Source: Malacoraja senta (taxonomy: Eukaryota). From it: a stretch of 64,000 nucleotides of DNA. Below, one piece after another: positions 52,424-62,640 of this stretch. Every line of letters starts with the position of its first letter. The first letter of the stretch is position 1. The DNA is taken from positions 22,384,001-22,448,000 of the forward strand of contig CM075987.1 in NCBI GenBank assembly GCA_038087875.1, written 5' to 3'. The translations under genes and the position numbers were made by a program. The notes beneath the pieces are model-generated. The model saw only the letters and a list, made by a program, of their open reading frames with translations. It did no database searches and was not told the DNA's origin.

Positions 52424-53084
52424 TGTGACCTCCAGGTTCAAGAACAGCTTCTTCCCAACAACCATCAGGCTCTCGAACACTGCAAACAGCAACTAGGTTA
52501 TGAACTGCGAACTGTTTTGATTGCACCAAGCACTTCAGCCTTTTTGCACTAACATTGGGTTTTTTCACATAATAAACAAAAAAAATCTATAAATTATCTC
52601 TGAGTACTGTGTTTACAGGCATGTTATGCTACTGCAAATAAGAATTTCATTGTTCTGTTTTTGGTACGTATGACAATTAAATGCTCTTGACTCTCGTGAA
52701 CCCAGCACCCTACAGCTGAAGGCACGGTTGTCAATGTTGGAGCAATCTGGGATGATCAGGAAGCCAGAAATGGAGAGGCATGGGTATGTTGGAGGGCTGC
52801 AGAATTGGGGGAAATTACAAAAATAGGGAGAGGATTTGAATAACAAGGATGGGATTTCGAAAATCAAGCCACTCCTTAACCGCAACCCAGTGAGGTCAGC
52901 AAAGACAGTGCGTGCTAAAATAAAGATATATTTATAAGAACATCAGTTCTAGGAACAGGGATGGGCCATGCTGCCCCTGGTCAACCATTCAATAAGATTG
53001 GGGTTGGTCTGATCTTTGGCATCCGCTCCATTTGCTGCATGGTTTTCATAAATCTCGCATCACCTGTAATCCAAAATTCTCCAG

Positions 53085-53612
53085 AGAGAAGTATATGGAG
53101 AGGGGGCAGAAGAGGTTTATCGGAAAACAGCTTGGATTAGAGGGTATTAACTATAAGGAGAGGTTGGACAAACTTGGATTGTTTTCTCTGGAGTGCTGGA
53201 GGTTGAGGGAAGTCCTGATAGAAGTATAAAAAACTATGAGAGGCATCGACAGGGCAGTCAGAACTTGTTTCTCGGAGTGGAAATGTCAAAGACTAGAGAG
53301 TTTACCTTTAAGGCGCAAGGGACACGGTTTAAAGATGTGCGGGCAAGTTTTTCACTTACACAGAGGGTGGTGGGTGCCTGGAATTCACTGCTTGGATGGT
53401 GGTGGAGGCAGATACGACTGTGGCATTTACGAGGCTTTTAGATAAGCAGGGAATGGATGGAATTGGATCAAGTGCAGATAGTGGTATTTAAGAGGCTTTT
53501 AGTTGGACACGTGAATAAGTGGGGAATGGAGGAGATTAGATTAACCGGGCATTATGTTTGGCATGGACATTGTGGGCCGAAGGACCTGTGCTATCCTATT
53601 CTATGTTCTATG
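53085..53612 (+). mobile_element. Old CR1 3' fragment
   Basis: LEGINYKERLDKLGLFSLECWRLREVLIEV...TQRVVGAWNSL, frameshifted. Confidence 0.85.
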
Positions 53613-54642
53613 TGCACTTAATGACAGAATCCACAGTTCGCTCTGTGACCTCTCTGGTCAGTCCCAAACACTGTCCAGTGTAGGAAGGAACTGCAGATGC
53701 TGGTTTAAACCGAAGATAGACACAAAAAGCTGAAGTAACTCAGCGGGACAGGCAGAATCTCTGGAGAGAAGGAATGGGTGACGTTTCGGGTCGAGACCAT
53801 TCTTCAGACTGTCCGGCCAGTAGTATTGTAGGAAAATGGAATTAGGACAGGCAGAGCAGAGCTTGCTTGGCTTCAAGTTTACAGAGAGTGGATTCAGGGA
53901 GTGAGCTAGATCAAGTAACAAAGGTTTCAACAAAAGACGAGCTGAGGCAAGGAACTAGAAGGAGGTAGAGATGATTGTAAACCAGTCTCCCAGTTGTTTT
54001 AGGAGGAAATCTCCGCCAGTACAGTAGTGAATGCTGGACAAGCTGTCCACGGCGGTGGGGTCCAGAGAGGCATTAGGCAATGGAGCAGGAGCTGTGGAAA
54101 GTTCACTGTATTTTTTATCGGTCTCTCAGAGGTAACATTGAGGTAAGGGAAGGAGCTGGTCAAAGATCAATCCTTGGATAACACTGAAGGTAAAGCTGTG
54201 GCACTTGCTAGAGTTGCAATTGCCGGTTAATATCTCACCACAACGGGTCGGATAGATTGAAGCGGGTGAGAATGTTGCTACAGATATCCACACGGTGGAG
54301 TTTGATGTCGTCAGCCATGCAAAGGCTGATGAAAGATTGACAGGATTGGATGGAGGGTAGGACTTTGTTGTTTCTGAGACCAGGGCAGAGCAATTCAAAC
54401 GTGAAATTCTGGGATAGGGGGAAATCAAACCACAGTCAATGATTTGGAGAGTAAAGTCCAAATTTAGTGATAGTTTACAAGGAAGCGGAGCTCAAAGGTG
54501 TTCTCATTTGATGAGTGTTAAGATGGCGGTAGATTTGAAAGAAAAGGAAGGAGAACTGAAGAAAGAGAACTGTGCACAAAATCAACCAAGGTTATCTTAT
54601 TACAGTTTGATACAGTGCCATGTTTTTCTTCCTCTTCCTTTC

Positions 54643-55022
54643 ATAGAAACATAGAAAATAGGTGCAGGAGTAGGCCATTCGGCCCTTCGAGCCTGCACCG
54701 CCATTCAATATGATCATGGCTGATCATCCAACTCAGTATCCTGTACCTGCTTTCTCTCCATACCCCCTGATCCCTTTAGCCACAAGGGCCACATCTAACT
54801 CCCTCTTAAATATAGCCAATGAACTGGCCTCAACTACATTATGTGGCAGAGAGTTCCAGAGATTCACCACTCTCTGTGTAAAAAATGTTTTTCTCATCTC
54901 AGTCCTAAAAGATTTCCCCTTTATCCTTAAACTGTGACCCCTTGTTCTGGACTTCCCCAACATCGGGAACAATCTTCCTGCATCTAGCCTGTCCAACCCC
55001 TTAAGAATTTTGTAAGTTTCTA
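54643..55022 (-). mobile_element. Young CR1 3' fragment
   Basis: DRLDAGRLFPMLGKSRTRGHSL...GYGEKAGTGY* plus tail. Confidence 0.93.
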
Positions 55023-56322
55023 CAAAACCTGATAGCGCACGGATTCATAGGTTCTCTCCTTTCCTGAAGGTACTGAGACTCAAAGGGGCCCTAGTCCGTT
55101 GCATTTTGGTAGAAGGATACAGGTTGCCTCAGCTTATAAAGTTATTCATTCTCAATGAGGCACGAGTCACCTCTCGTCTTGAAAGCAATAACTCTAACGG
55201 GGCATCCTCTCCTGAAAACATGGACTTACACCATGTTCCAGTGCCCTGGAATAGTGACCATTCTTCAGGTAGAATCCTAGGTGTGAAGAACAGATTACTT
55301 GACCATATGAGATATCATACTGATATCTATCAATCTATTCTATCAATCGATGAGCCCTGCATAACCATTATTGTCGAGGGAATGTTATTACATAGCTGTT
55401 AGCGGCAGGAGCTCTTAACCAGTGGCACAAGTCCAACTATTGGACTCCAAATCTCTCCCAAAATAAGAATTACATGGCTAACAGCATGGACTAGGGTTCT
55501 CATTTTTTAACAACTTAAAGGGAAGCCTTTCAGCCCATCGAGTCAATGCCAGGTCCCAGAGCGTTCAAACTAGTCCCATTCCCCAGTTATTTTCCCGGTG
55601 AATTTAGTTCTTTTATATTTTCATCAACTCCCCATTAATTTTCTTGCCAACAGTTCAGAGCAAATTTACAGCCAATTAACACAAGTCGGGATGTGAGTGG
55701 AAACCTTAACAGTCACAGCAAGAATCTGCAAATTCCACACAGGCAGCACGAGAGGTCAGGATCGAACCAGGATCCAAGCTCTGTGTAGATGTCTCTTGTC
55801 TATTGTGCCACTGTGTATTACTTGGGATTGTGTAGTTCCATAGGATCCTGCTCCCAAGCAGACACAGAGTGGGAAACACATCTGCAGAAGTGAAATCTCT
55901 ACGTTATCTTTGGATTTTAATGTTATCTAATGTTATCTGACTTTCTCTGCTATGACCATCTGCTTCAGACATTACCATTGAAGAAAATAACAAGACTAGT
56001 GAAAGGCTGGAAAACAAACAATAAAGATGAACAAGCAGAAAAACCAGCAATACTAGACTTGTGGGATAGAGTCAAGAGTGTTTTGTTATATGTCCTGACA
56101 CTGAACAATTATACTCTTACTTGCAGCAGCACAACCAGTGATGGAAATGGGTTTTAGGAACTAGGGGTACTCTAAGGTCCGTGAGGCTGAGGTTGGGAAG
56201 GAAGGGGGGGGGGATTTTTTATGTGCGGTCATACCCATGTAAGAGTACAAGAATGCATAACTTGTTTATTGTGTATTTATAATATAGTATATTGTGTATT
56301 ATGTCATAGCTGCTTTCTTGCA

Positions 56323-56353
<31 letters not shown>

Positions 56354-56354
56354 G

Positions 56355-56600
56355 TTGGCTGCAGCCATCATCTGCTTCGGTGAGGGAAGCAGGTCGGTGA
56401 TTGATCAAAAGGCCCCTAGAGACTGTGTCTGAGTGGCCGCCGAGTGACCAGCGCTTTATGTGATTGGACACAATTTTAAGAGAAGCTGGTCGGTGATTGG
56501 ACGCAACTCTCTTAGAGACAGCGGTTGATACGTCGCCAAATAATCGGGCACAAATAATTGAAAATAGGAAAACAATAAAATCGGAATTACGATTTAAATC
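56355..56600. promoter_or_regulatory. Candidate CCAAT-box/CpG promoter
   Basis: GTGATTGGAC with ATTGG at 56463 and 56496 (33 bp apart), a third degenerate GTGATTGA at ~56398, and CpG retention. Confidence 0.4.
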
Positions 56601-56626
56601 GGAAGAATATCATGCCTGATCTGCAG

Positions 56627-56658
56627 CAAAGATACTAGTATCCGCTCTACTATCTTTG
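56627..56658. mobile_element. 32-bp minimal TIR element with 8-bp TSD (hAT-like)
   Basis: ATCTGCAG-[CAAAGATACTAGTATCCGCTCTACTATCTTTG]-ATCTGCAG. Confidence 0.75.
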
Positions 56659-57204
56659 ATCTGCAGTTCCTTCCTATTGAAGAAGAACCCTGGCCCGAAA
56701 CAATTCCTAATCCATTTCCTCCACAGATGCCGCCTAGCCCGCTGAGTTCCTCCAGCACTCTGTGTGTTTTTATTTAACTCTTGAAATTGAAGTTAGACAT
56801 AAAGCTGGAGTAACTCAGCGGGACAGGCAGCGACTCTGGAGAGAAGACCCTTCTTCAGACTGAACTGAACTCTCGTCGGTGAGAGTACTTGTGATTGTCT
56901 GCAGAAGGGTCTCACCTGAAGCGCCACCCACTCCCCAGAGCCGCTGCCCATCCCGCTTAGCCACCCCATGTCCACCTTCAACTCTGGAGCCAAACAAAAA
57001 ACACAGAGTGCTGGAGGAACTCAGCGGGTCAGGCGGCACCCCCAGAGGGAACGGACCAGGAGCCGCCACGGGCCAGGGTTCCCCCCACCCCCACCCCAAC
57101 AGGAAGGAACCGCAGATGCAGCCGTCCCCGCAAAACGGCAAATGATTCCGGGAATGCCGAGGCGAGAGGGTGAGAGAGAGGGTGAGAGAGTGAGAGAGAT
57201 CTAA

Positions 57205-57594
57205 AGGTCGGATTCGGATCCCAACTACGCCTCGCTGAGACCTCGCCAGAAGTTTCAAACCTACGGCCCCCTCCAGTTCGAGCCACGTGGACCAAGATAC
57301 CACGTTGTAAACAACCACGTTCGCTACTTTGACTGGGAGTTCGCGTTCCGCCGCAGTCCCGCCAGCGGTTTACAGCTGTTTGATATCCGCTTCAGGAAGG
57401 AGCAGGTGGTCTACGAGTTGAGCATCCAGGGGGTGAACTCCATTTACAGCGGGGAGACGCCAGGTCTGATGAGGGCCAAGTTCTTAGACAGTCATTATGG
57501 AATTGGGAAAAGTTCCAATGAGCTGGTGTAAGACGTGGACTGCCCTTACAGCGCCACTTTCCTCCACACTCTCCATCTCATGGAGACTGGAAAC
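57205..57594 (+). pseudogene. AOC3: Copper amine oxidase (AOC2/AOC3-like) gene fragment with in-frame stop
   Basis: Frame from 57208: SDSDPNYASLRPRQKFQTYGPLQFEPRGPRYHVVNNHVRYFDWEFAFRRSPASGLQLFDIRFRKEQVVYELSIQGVNSIYSGETPGLMRAKFLDSHYGIGKSSNELV*DVDCPYSATFLHTLHLMET. It aligns by eye with AOC3 PLQFYPQGPRF...FDVRFQGERLVYEISLQ...VDCPYLAT; TAA at 57529-57531. Paralogue assignment is uncertain. Confidence 0.88.
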
Positions 57595-57710
57595 CAAAGA
57601 TCCTATAGCGGAGCAAGATAGTCCACTCGACGAAAAAGCCGTAGTAGGGTCATGGGTAATCTTCAGCCCCATTTCCGTAACCGGCTTCCGTCTCCGCTCT
57701 AGTATCTTTG
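57595..57710. mobile_element. 116-bp MITE with the same ends as the 32-bp element; no TSD
   Basis: CAAAGATCCTATAGCGGAG ... CTCCGCTCTAGTATCTTTG (17/19 inverted match); flanks CTGGAAAC and CTTTGATC differ. Confidence 0.75.
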
Positions 57711-57881
57711 CTTTGATCATGGCTTCTTCATGCACAAATCATCTTTTTTTTCTCAGCTGCAGGCGATCATTCTGATATCCTTGCTTAGTCCTCATTTTTT
57801 ACTTTGAACATACAAAATATTGCCATTTGGAAGGAGCTCCAGAAAATCTTGCACCCACTCAAGCCATCCCCCCCCCGCCCC

Positions 57882-59167
57882 CAGGGCCGGCCTTAGGAGG
57901 TGCGGGGCCCAATTGGGAACAATTTTGGTGAGCCCCAGGTTCCCAGCCAAGGTCTGTAGAATCATAGAAATACAAATAAAGTCTATTATAGACCTTATAT
58001 CTCTATGGTTGAATGGAAAGTAATCAAAATGTGCGCTTAAAAAGAGCCTGCGAGTTAATAGACCAAACAGATCTAAGTTACATTTTAATATAAAATTGCA
58101 TACATGTAAGCCTACAAGTAACAAACAAAATGTGTACATCACCTCTGAAAAGTAGATAGTTACAATACCACTTGTTTAAGTGATTGTGAAATGAAAAAAT
58201 AAATAAAAATTAACTAGATCCTGGAAAACCAATAACTATTGGCGAAAAACCAGTGCAGGCATAACATTTTGGGCTTCAGCCCCATCCTAACTTTGGGTGT
58301 GTGGGTGTGGGGGTGTAGGGGTGTGGGTGTGAGTGTGTGTGTGCGCGCGCGTGTGTGTGTCTGTGTGAGTGTGTGTTGGTGTGTGTGTGTGTCTGTGTGT
58401 GTGTGTGAGTGTGTGTGTGTGTGTGTGTGTGTTAGTTGTCTGTGCCTTATGTGTGGGAGGGAAGGAGAGGAGGGAGGAAGAGAAGGGAGGGAGGGAAGGA
58501 GAGAAAGAAGGGAAGGAGAGAAGGGAGGGAGGGAAGAAGGGAAGGGAGGGAGGGAAGGAGAGAAAGAAGGGAGGGAGGGAAGGAGAGAAGGGAAAAGAGA
58601 TAGAGGAAGGAGAGAAAGAAGGGAGGGAGGAAAGGAGAGAAGGGAAAAGAGAGAGAGGAAGGAAGGAGGGAAGGAGAGAAGGGAGGGAGGGAAGGAGAGA
58701 AGGGAAAAGAGAGAGAGGAAGGAAGGAGGGAAGGAGAGAAGGGAGGGAGGGAAGAAGGGAAGGGAGGGAGGGAAGGGAAGGAGAGAAGGGAGGGAGCGGG
58801 CCGGCGGCGGGAGCAGATGCCGGGGTGCGAGCGGACGGGTGTAAGCTGAGGCCGAGGTTTGTAAACGTTGCTCCATCCCCCGGCCCGGCCCGGCTCTCCC
58901 TGTATTGTTCACCGCGTCTCCCCGGGGAGAGAGAGAGGTGGAGCCGGGGCTGTGTGCGTGAAGCACAGCGACTGGAGGGGTGGGAGCGCAGCCCCGGGAC
59001 CGTGAGGGAACGACCCACCTTCCCCTTCTCCATTCCCCCTCCACCCCTCTACTCTCTCTCCACCCCTTTTTCCCCCCTCCACCCGGGGTAGATCTACCTG
59101 AGCCAAGAATAGATAACTCTGGCCCCAGTTGTAAGCAATTGGTCCAATCGGCTTAAGGCCGGCCCTG
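57882..59167. mobile_element. Non-autonomous hAT (Tip100-like) element containing microsatellites
   Basis: Perfect 14-bp TIR CAGGGCCGGCCTTA...TAAGGCCGGCCCTG in a poly-C tract (TSD ambiguous); internal (TG)n 58296-58432, GGAA/GAGG tract 58455-58795 and a CpG-rich segment. Confidence 0.85.
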
Positions 59168-59315
59168 CCCCCCACCCCCCGACACGGAACGATCGACGGC
59201 CCCCTTTTTTTTGTTAAACATCTATTTTCTTCGTTTTTTTTTTTTTAATTTCCCCCTTACCATTTCGGTACTTTTTCAATAGCTGCCATGACCCGTTTGA
59301 TGTAATCCTTCACGT

Positions 59316-59356
<41 letters not shown>

Positions 59357-59381
59357 GGAGTCTGAGGGGAGAAGCGCCGGC

Positions 59382-59653
59382 ACCAAGAGCGAGCAAATGC
59401 GCGGACAGACGGACGAAAGCAACGATCATAGAGCGTAATAGGAGACATTTCGGGTCGAGACCCTTTTTCAGACTGACAGTCAAGGGAAAGAGAAACGGGA
59501 GGTATAGGCATTAATTTGTCCTTAGTACCGTCTATATCTCTTGTTGCTCTTTCCCCGACTCAGTCTCAAGAAGGGTCTCGACCCGAAATGTCATCTATTC
59601 CACTCTATGATCGTTGCCATCGTCCGTCTGTCCGCTCCTTCGCTCGCCCTTGG
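59382..59653. repeat. Fold-back including Penelope ends and CpG-rich outer arms
   Basis: GCGGACAGACGGACGAAAGCAACGATCATAGAG pairs with CTCTATGATCGTTGCCATCGTCCGTCTGTCCGC, flanking inverted TTTCGGGTCGAGACCC motifs. Confidence 0.8.
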
Positions 59654-60006
59654 ATTAAGTAGCGCAGGATAAAGCTGCGACTTCACGCACAGGATGGAAA
59701 CTGGAAACTGAAAACTAGGGGAACGCCGTCCCCCTGCGTACCCCCCCCCCCCCCCAATTTCCATCACTGAGCACAACAGATATGTAAACACGGTAAACAC
59801 CATAACACACATAAAGTTCCCTGAAATCTGAAATGAAGTGGGAATGCTGGAAATACTCAGCAGATAAGGCAGCATCTAGGTTGAGAGAAAAATGGAGCTA
59901 AGGCTACATCTTGATCATTTTTCATCAGAAATGACTAGTTCTGATAAAAACTGGGAAAAACAGTATATCTTAAATTGTTGAATTGAATGTTGGATACTAA
60001 AGGCTA

Positions 60007-60961
60007 CTAGACCAAATGGGACCTGTTGGGTCCCATGTTCACATGGGAGGGCTTATCTCCCAACGCAATATGCCACCTCTCCACCAATTCCAATATTGGT
60101 GGCCAGTGGGGGGGGCTTTCTGGAGCGCTAGTGTGGGTGTTGTGGGGCGAAGGGACTGGTTTCCAGAGGGCTAGTATGGACATTGTGGCCGAATAGATTC
60201 TTGGGCTGGCAGCTCAGTCACTCAGGCCTGGTTGGCTGGCAGCTCAGTCACTCAGGCCTGGTAGGTTGGCAGCTCAGTCACTCAGGCCTGTTGGCCTGGC
60301 AGCTCAGTCACTCAGGCCTGGTGGGCTGGCAGCTCAGTCACCAAGGGCTGGTTGGCTGGCAGCTCAGTCACTCAGGGCTGGTGGGCTGGCAGTTCACTCA
60401 CGGCTATGCCTTGAAATTCCATTTCAAGCAGAGTGCAGGCCACCAAATTCAATTTCATAGCATTTCAAGCAGAGTGCAGGCCACCAAATTCAATTTCATC
60501 GTATTTCAAGCAGAGTGCAGGCCACCAAATTGCCAAACAACTCATTGCATTGTCATTAAGCGTTAACAAATCATTAATTGGAAGTACATTGCAGACTCAC
60601 AGTTCAGTTGATTCACAGCTTAGAATCACAGTTGTGGACTCTCCCTCGCTATCTTCCAGAGTGACAGACTCACGTCCAGACATCCGGGGTTTTATTGTCC
60701 TGCCCCCCCCCCCCCACCCCCGGAAGGGGCGTTACCCTCATCGTGGTGATTGACAGGCAAGAGGACCAATCAGCTGATCTCAAGATTTCTTAAACACTCA
60801 TAACCTTTTTATTTTTCATCGATCGGAAAAATCCTCCTCTGCGGAGGAGGGCTGGGAGTTAGATGGCCAAAAATCATAGCGATATATGGTAGCGTTTCTT
60901 ACTATAATCAATATACAGCGCAGACAGGAAGTGGTCAAGATGAGACTTTTGTTTATATAGA
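60007..60961 (-). mobile_element. Non-autonomous Helitron with 30-bp and ~41-bp tandem arrays
   Basis: Minus strand: A|TCTATATAAACAAAAGTCTCATCTTGACC...GGGACC-CAACA-GGTCCC...GTCTAG|T; about 6.5 x 30-bp units at 60205-60400. Confidence 0.85.
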
Positions 60962-61894
60962 TAATATGCCAAGCTAGACGATGAAATGCTATTGTTTGAG
61001 CTTACGTTAGGCTTCATTGAATTGATACAATAGGCCACAAACACGAAGGTCAGAGTGGGAGGGAGAATTAGTACAACAGAGAACAGTACAGCATAAGGAC
61101 AGGCCCTTCGGCCCACAATGTACATGCGAACATATTGCCAAGTTAACTAACCTCCTGTGCCTGGATGTGATCCATATCCCTCCATTCCCTGCATATCGAT
61201 ATGCCAATCTGAAAGCCTCTTGAATTACATTATTGTAATAGAACATTTAAAGTGACCTGGAAACACTGCAGACTGCTGGAATCCTGGAAAAACCCTGGAA
61301 GTATCGGCAGCCGGAAACAGAGTTATCATTTTCCATCACTTTAATCAGAATTTTTTAATGTTTGGATATCAACACCTTTAATGTCTATCTTTCAACACAC
61401 TGAAGGCTAATAAGTCTGGGAGTGAGTAAGGGTGCAGTTTCCTCTGTGCTATCCAATGAGAATATAAGAAATAGGTGCAGGTGTTGCAAACAAAAGGAGA
61501 TGAACAAGCAGAAAAACAAACAATACTAGACCGGTGAGATAAACACTAGAGTTGCCTGAAATCTGAAATAAGGGGGATATGTTGGAAATACTCAGGAGGC
61601 CAGGCAGCATCTATGGATCAAAAATTCACTCTTAGCCCTTGAATCCGCTCTCTGCTATTCAATATATCATGGCCTCAATTTCTGCCTGATCCTCAGGCAG
61701 CTCAAAAATCTATCTGAGCCTCGGATATAACCAATGACAGCCTATGGGGCAGAGAATTCAAAAGATTCTTGAATAGGTAAGTTCTATATTCTGAAACAGT
61801 GTCCCAGTTCTAAATTTCCCCATGAAAGGAAATATCCCCTCATCAGGAAACATTTCAAGGAAGGCATTGCCCGGGCAAGCTTATAGAATACAGA

Positions 61895-62640
61895 TAGGAA
61901 AAGGGGAGATGCAACGAGACCTGGGTGTCATGGTACACCAGTCATTGAAAGTAGGCATGCAGGTACAGCAGGCAGTGAAGAAAGCGAATGGTATGTTAGC
62001 ATTCATAGCAAAAGGATTTGAGTATAAGAGCAGGGAGGTTCTACTGCAGTTGTACAGGGTCTTGGTGAGACCACACCTGGAGTATTGCGTACAGTTTTGG
62101 TCTCCTAATCTGAGGAAAGACATTCTTGCCATAGAGGGAGTACAGAGAAGGTTCGCCAGACTGATTCCTGGGATGGCAGGACTTTCATATGAAGAAAGAC
62201 TGGATAGGCTCGGCTTGTACATGCTAGAATTTAGAAGATTGAGGGGGGATCTTATAGAAACTTACAAAATTCTTAAGGGGTTGGACAGGCTAGATGCAGG
62301 AAGATTATTCCCGATGTTGGGGAAGTCCAGAACTAGGGGTCACAGTTCAAGGATAAGAGGGAAGTCTTTTAGGACCGAGATGAGAAAATCATTTTTTACA
62401 CAGAGAGTGGTGAATCTGTGGAATTCTCTGCCACAGAAGGTAGTTGAGGCCAGTTCATTGGCTATATTTAAGAGGGAGTTAGATGTGGCCCTTGTGGCTA
62501 AAGGGATCAGGGGGTATGGAGAGAAGGCAGGGATGGGATACTGAGTTGGATGATCAGCCATGATCATATCGAATGGCGGTGCAGGCTCGAAGGGCCGAAT
62601 GGCCTACTCCTGCACCTATTTTCTATGTTTCTATGTTTCT
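61895..62640 (+). mobile_element. Young 5'-truncated CR1 LINE
   Basis: GKGEMQRDLGVMVHQSLK...VRPHLEYCVQFWSP...GYGEKAGMGY* plus (TTCTATGT)n tail. Confidence 0.95.

Noticed and set aside
58214..59091. ORFs of 200-276 aa on both strands
   Set aside because: Microsatellite and polypurine tract inside a MITE.
60205..60400. Regular 30-bp repeats as a CRISPR array or repeat protein
   Set aside because: Head-to-tail minisatellite without unique spacers, inside a Helitron in eukaryotic DNA; no cas genes.
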